Origin: Haplodiscus bocki
Taxonomy: Eukaryota
NCBI GenBank assembly: GCA_965655095.1
Contig: OZ296649.1
Location: 83,824,001 to 83,888,000, forward strand
Reading direction: 5' to 3'
DNA length: 64,000 nucleotides
Of the stretch, positions 60,586-64,000 are shown one piece after another (the first letter of the stretch is position 1; each line of letters opens with the position of its first letter). The notes under the pieces are model-generated. The model ran no database searches. It saw only the letters and a list, made by a program, of their open reading frames with translations, and was not told the DNA's origin. The translations under genes and the position numbers were made by a program.

Positions 60586-63419
60586 TCAAGCAGGACTACT
60601 TTCTTCACAGTGTTCCGGTTGATTGGGCAAGGTATGGGTTAACATAACTGTGTCTTTTTCTGATTCTTCAGTTGGAATGGAGCTGTTCTGAGAAAAGGTT
60701 TGGTCCGGAGATTCTACCGTCACTACATTATAGGTGGAAAGAGTGATCAAAGCTGAATGTGAAAGTGCTTTTGAGTTCAAAAGGTAGCCACCAGAAGGTT
60801 CAGAACTTGCTGAGTCCGTCTGACAATTGTTTGATAACATCTCATTGCTGGCTGCAGTCGATTTATGTTGATTCAAATTGTTTTCTGAAGTTCTTCCACT
60901 TCTGGCAGAAGGCGACTGAAATTGACGTGAAAACTTTTTAATTAAACCGATTATTAAATAGATGCCTCCATAGGAAAATGCCCAAACGGTGATTCAAAAG
61001 GAAATGATCCTCAATTTCTGCAGTTACCCCCCAAAGCTATGTTCAATTGATTTTTTGAGCCCATTTGTCATTTGAGACCTCCATTTGTTCTCCATAACTA
61101 TAGCATACGAAAAGATGTTTGCAAATTTTTGGAAGGAAAAAGATGAGATAATGAGTGACTTACGGTTTAGTTTTTGGCTAAGATCTAAAATTAATTCACG
61201 CTTTTCCTGTCTTAAGAATATGAATTTAACTCAGTTCCGTTGAAATCAAGCATATAGCATACAACGTGAAGATAGCGCAAAGTTCAGACTACAATGCTAC
61301 AATGTTCACTGATTCCAGCTAGTGAACCATTGAAAATTTTTCAAACTTTTTAACCGTTGTGTTGAAACGATTATTTGCTTTCCATTATTTTTAAGCATTC
61401 AAAAACTGTTTCATATTTTGAGTTTGGACATCCAAGTGTCCAATAAAACGTAATTAATGAATGACCAACGCATCTAAAGAGCCGACGCAAAACGTATTCT
61501 CAAATTTGCAAACTGCCAATCTCAATCATAACCGAAGATCAATTTCCAAATTAAAATTGACATGGTTAAAAACTGATGGATGTAACTTGAACGGTAATCA
61601 AATCTTTCCCATTACCGTAGAGGGGAAGCGGAATTTCGCAACACATTTTGATTTGTCAGTTGAGATCACGGATCCCAAAAGATTTTTGCAACCATGATTG
61701 GAGATGGGATTGACACTTTCATAAATACCGTCAGTCAAAAGTTCGCTTCAGGACATTCAGGGGAATTTTTTTTGAATTAAAACGTTGCCGGAAAAAAATA
61801 TTTGAAGTGGATCAAAAATGGAAAAGCCCGCCAATTTCAGCCAAAATTGTCCAAAAAATGGATATTCTTCTGCAAATTTAACCTCAGACGTTTCAAACAA
61901 AAACGATTGTAGACTAGAGAAAATTCTCAGACAGAAACTTTTACTGAGGACATTTATGGAAAATCCAATTGGTTTAGGTGATATTTGAATTTGAAATTTG
62001 TGCTTTGATGCGTCTATTTTTATCACTTTAAGACAAAAGTATTTTAGGCCATAGATATGGTTGCGAGATGCCGCACGCTAATTTTTACGACACTTCATTT
62101 CGCAAAAAAAACATTTTTTGGTAGCATTTTTTTGAGGAAACATACCAATTCTTGCGATACCCCTTCATATTTTGAACTTTACACGCAGCGCCGACTTGAT
62201 CAACCAGTGCTTCTTACAACGGCAATCTTGCCAATTGTAACCCTCGTGCACTAGAAATATTTCTTGGAAGAGACGGTGACGTCTTTCATGGTTCATGGTG
62301 ATGCTCGATTTTGAATGATAGACGAAATAGGAGTTTCATCAGTGGCATAAAGCATCAAGGTTAATGAGGCAATGCGCTGTTATAATACGCCGCAAAAAAA
62401 GGGGATTCGAGTCCCTGCAAGAACCTTTCCACTTTTTGTATTGAATGAGTCGTTTGAAAATATCATATTTAGCCTGGCATTTTAGTTGCCAGACAAAACA
62501 TGGCCACCCAAGGCGAATAGGACTTCGGAAAGTTTTTCAGATCACATAGGATCCCCCTTTCACCCTTATTCCCTTTTCCCGTGTATTCGGAGAAATGAAT
62601 TCAAAAGTTTCTCGGGTTTACACTTTTTCAAGTATATAAGACTGGAGAACAAGAAAAATTCCGAATTTTTTTATTTGCGCGCTCTCACCGCTTCATGATC
62701 GTCCGTATGGTCCCTCTGTACTCGCACACAGCGTTGCTGTGTTTTGGGAAAAAATATCGCATGAAATTCTTTTTCAGACGAGGTCGCAAAATGTGGTACG
62801 AAACTGCGTCAAGGAAACCGAGTAACACAAAATACTTTATAAAATTAAAATTTTCCGAAGTCCTAAAAACGAAGCAGATTTGCAAAAAACAAAAACATGC
62901 TGGCAGTAAAAGTTCTTTGAAAAAAAAACAAATGCAAAGCAATCAAGATCATTCAGTGTCAGGTTGAATTTCAGAATTAAAGCAGGAAGCAAGTCAAAAG
63001 CAACTTACATCAATTTCGGGGAAGTCTCCAAAACTGTTAGATCTTCCACGTCCCTTATCGCGACAAGGAGGAGACAGATCTTGTTGTTCTGAAGAGCCGT
63101 TTAAAGCTAAATACCCCTTGGATAAGCCAGCAGTGTATGTTTTCGACAGAGAAAGCAAAGTTGCCCTTTGACCAGTTCCATTATGAACAGTGCTAACTGC
63201 CGGTCGAGGGCTGCTTTCCTTAATATGAGATCCATTAATATCACCTTGTTCAATCGTCTGCAAGTGAAATGAACCCTCAGGACAATGATGGCCGTTTTGA
63301 GTGAAGTCTTGCTGTTCAATAAAAGTTTCATTCGATGTCTGATGTAAAGTATCTTCCTCACTGGTATCCAGCAACGGACTATTGTTATCACTGGTTATCA
63401 GGGTTAGCGACCGCGGCTT
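60586..63419 (-). CDS. Probable 3' exons of an unidentified upstream gene (63419-63009, 62736-62689, 60915-60586); Ser/Thr-rich low-complexity tail
   Basis: Three open, phase-0 compatible segments with TTTTAG/ACACAG/TTTCAG acceptors and GTAAGT/GTGAGA donors; TGA followed immediately by AATAAA. No recognisable domain. Confidence 0.5.
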
Positions 63420-64000
63420 CTAAAAAGTCAAAAGTGCAATTAAAAATGGACCTCAGAGAACTATGAGCCGAGAAAGACACGAATGATAGCAATTTGGGAT
63501 AGAGTATATCTAAGTCCTGTCCAGCAACACTCACACTGATCTTGAACTAGAAAGCACAATACAAACCAAATATCACACAACTTGCGAAATAAACACATAC
63601 CGCTACTAGCAACTGCTTTTCCAAAACCTTCCTGGTTAGAAAACAAACCATTTACATTAATCAAAATTATTTAATTCCATTCTTTTATACAATTCATTTT
63701 AATCCAAAGTGAGGCCATTTTTTTGCCAGTAAATTATGTGATTCCATCGTGTTCTAAAAACACAACTTAAATTGTTGATCACTATATGGCGAATTTGTGA
63801 CTTTTAATATCTCCAAACTACGTGGGCTACACAAGCATCAAAAATGTTCTCAAAACCAAAGAGACCTATTTTTCGTGATATCAAAATTTACGTTTTTTCT
63901 TTGCGTATACAAAGCCTCACATTCAGAGTCATCTTAGACCGTTCTTGCTTTGTTGTATATTGATGGCTCAATTTTTGAATTCTCTTATTCGGATTTTTAC

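Noticed and set aside
62385-62425. GGGATTCGAGTCCC B-box-like hairpin as a tRNA gene
   Set aside because: No acceptor, D or anticodon stems on either strand.

Overview
AT-rich eukaryotic (metazoan, invertebrate-like) genomic DNA with three layers. (1) About 1-25.6 kb is a heavily decayed Polinton/Maverick (adintovirus-like) endogenous virus. Frameshifted remnants are recognisable for the major capsid start, core protein, penton, packaging ATPase, a PLA2-like protein, protein-primed PolB, cysteine protease and integrase. A ~2.13 kb internal block is tandemly triplicated (13.2-19.6 kb). (2) 30058-58044 on the minus strand is a complete 18-exon RSPH10B (radial spoke head 10B, MORN-repeat) gene model; all introns are GT-AG, phases are consistent and the product is 912 aa. 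Probable 3' exons of another gene lie at 60.6-63.4 kb. (3) Introns and intergenic DNA hold several families of non-autonomous Helentron/DINE-1-like elements, two MITEs and one full-length CR1/L2-group LINE (49501-54381). The LINE is the most unusual object: three ORFs (stand-alone SGNH esterase, PHD-type ORF1, EN-RT ORF2), splice-acceptor-like motifs in front of the first two ORFs, and ORF2 in frame behind a TGA-CTA stop with no AUG. All protein assignments are by-eye motif recognition; no searches were run.
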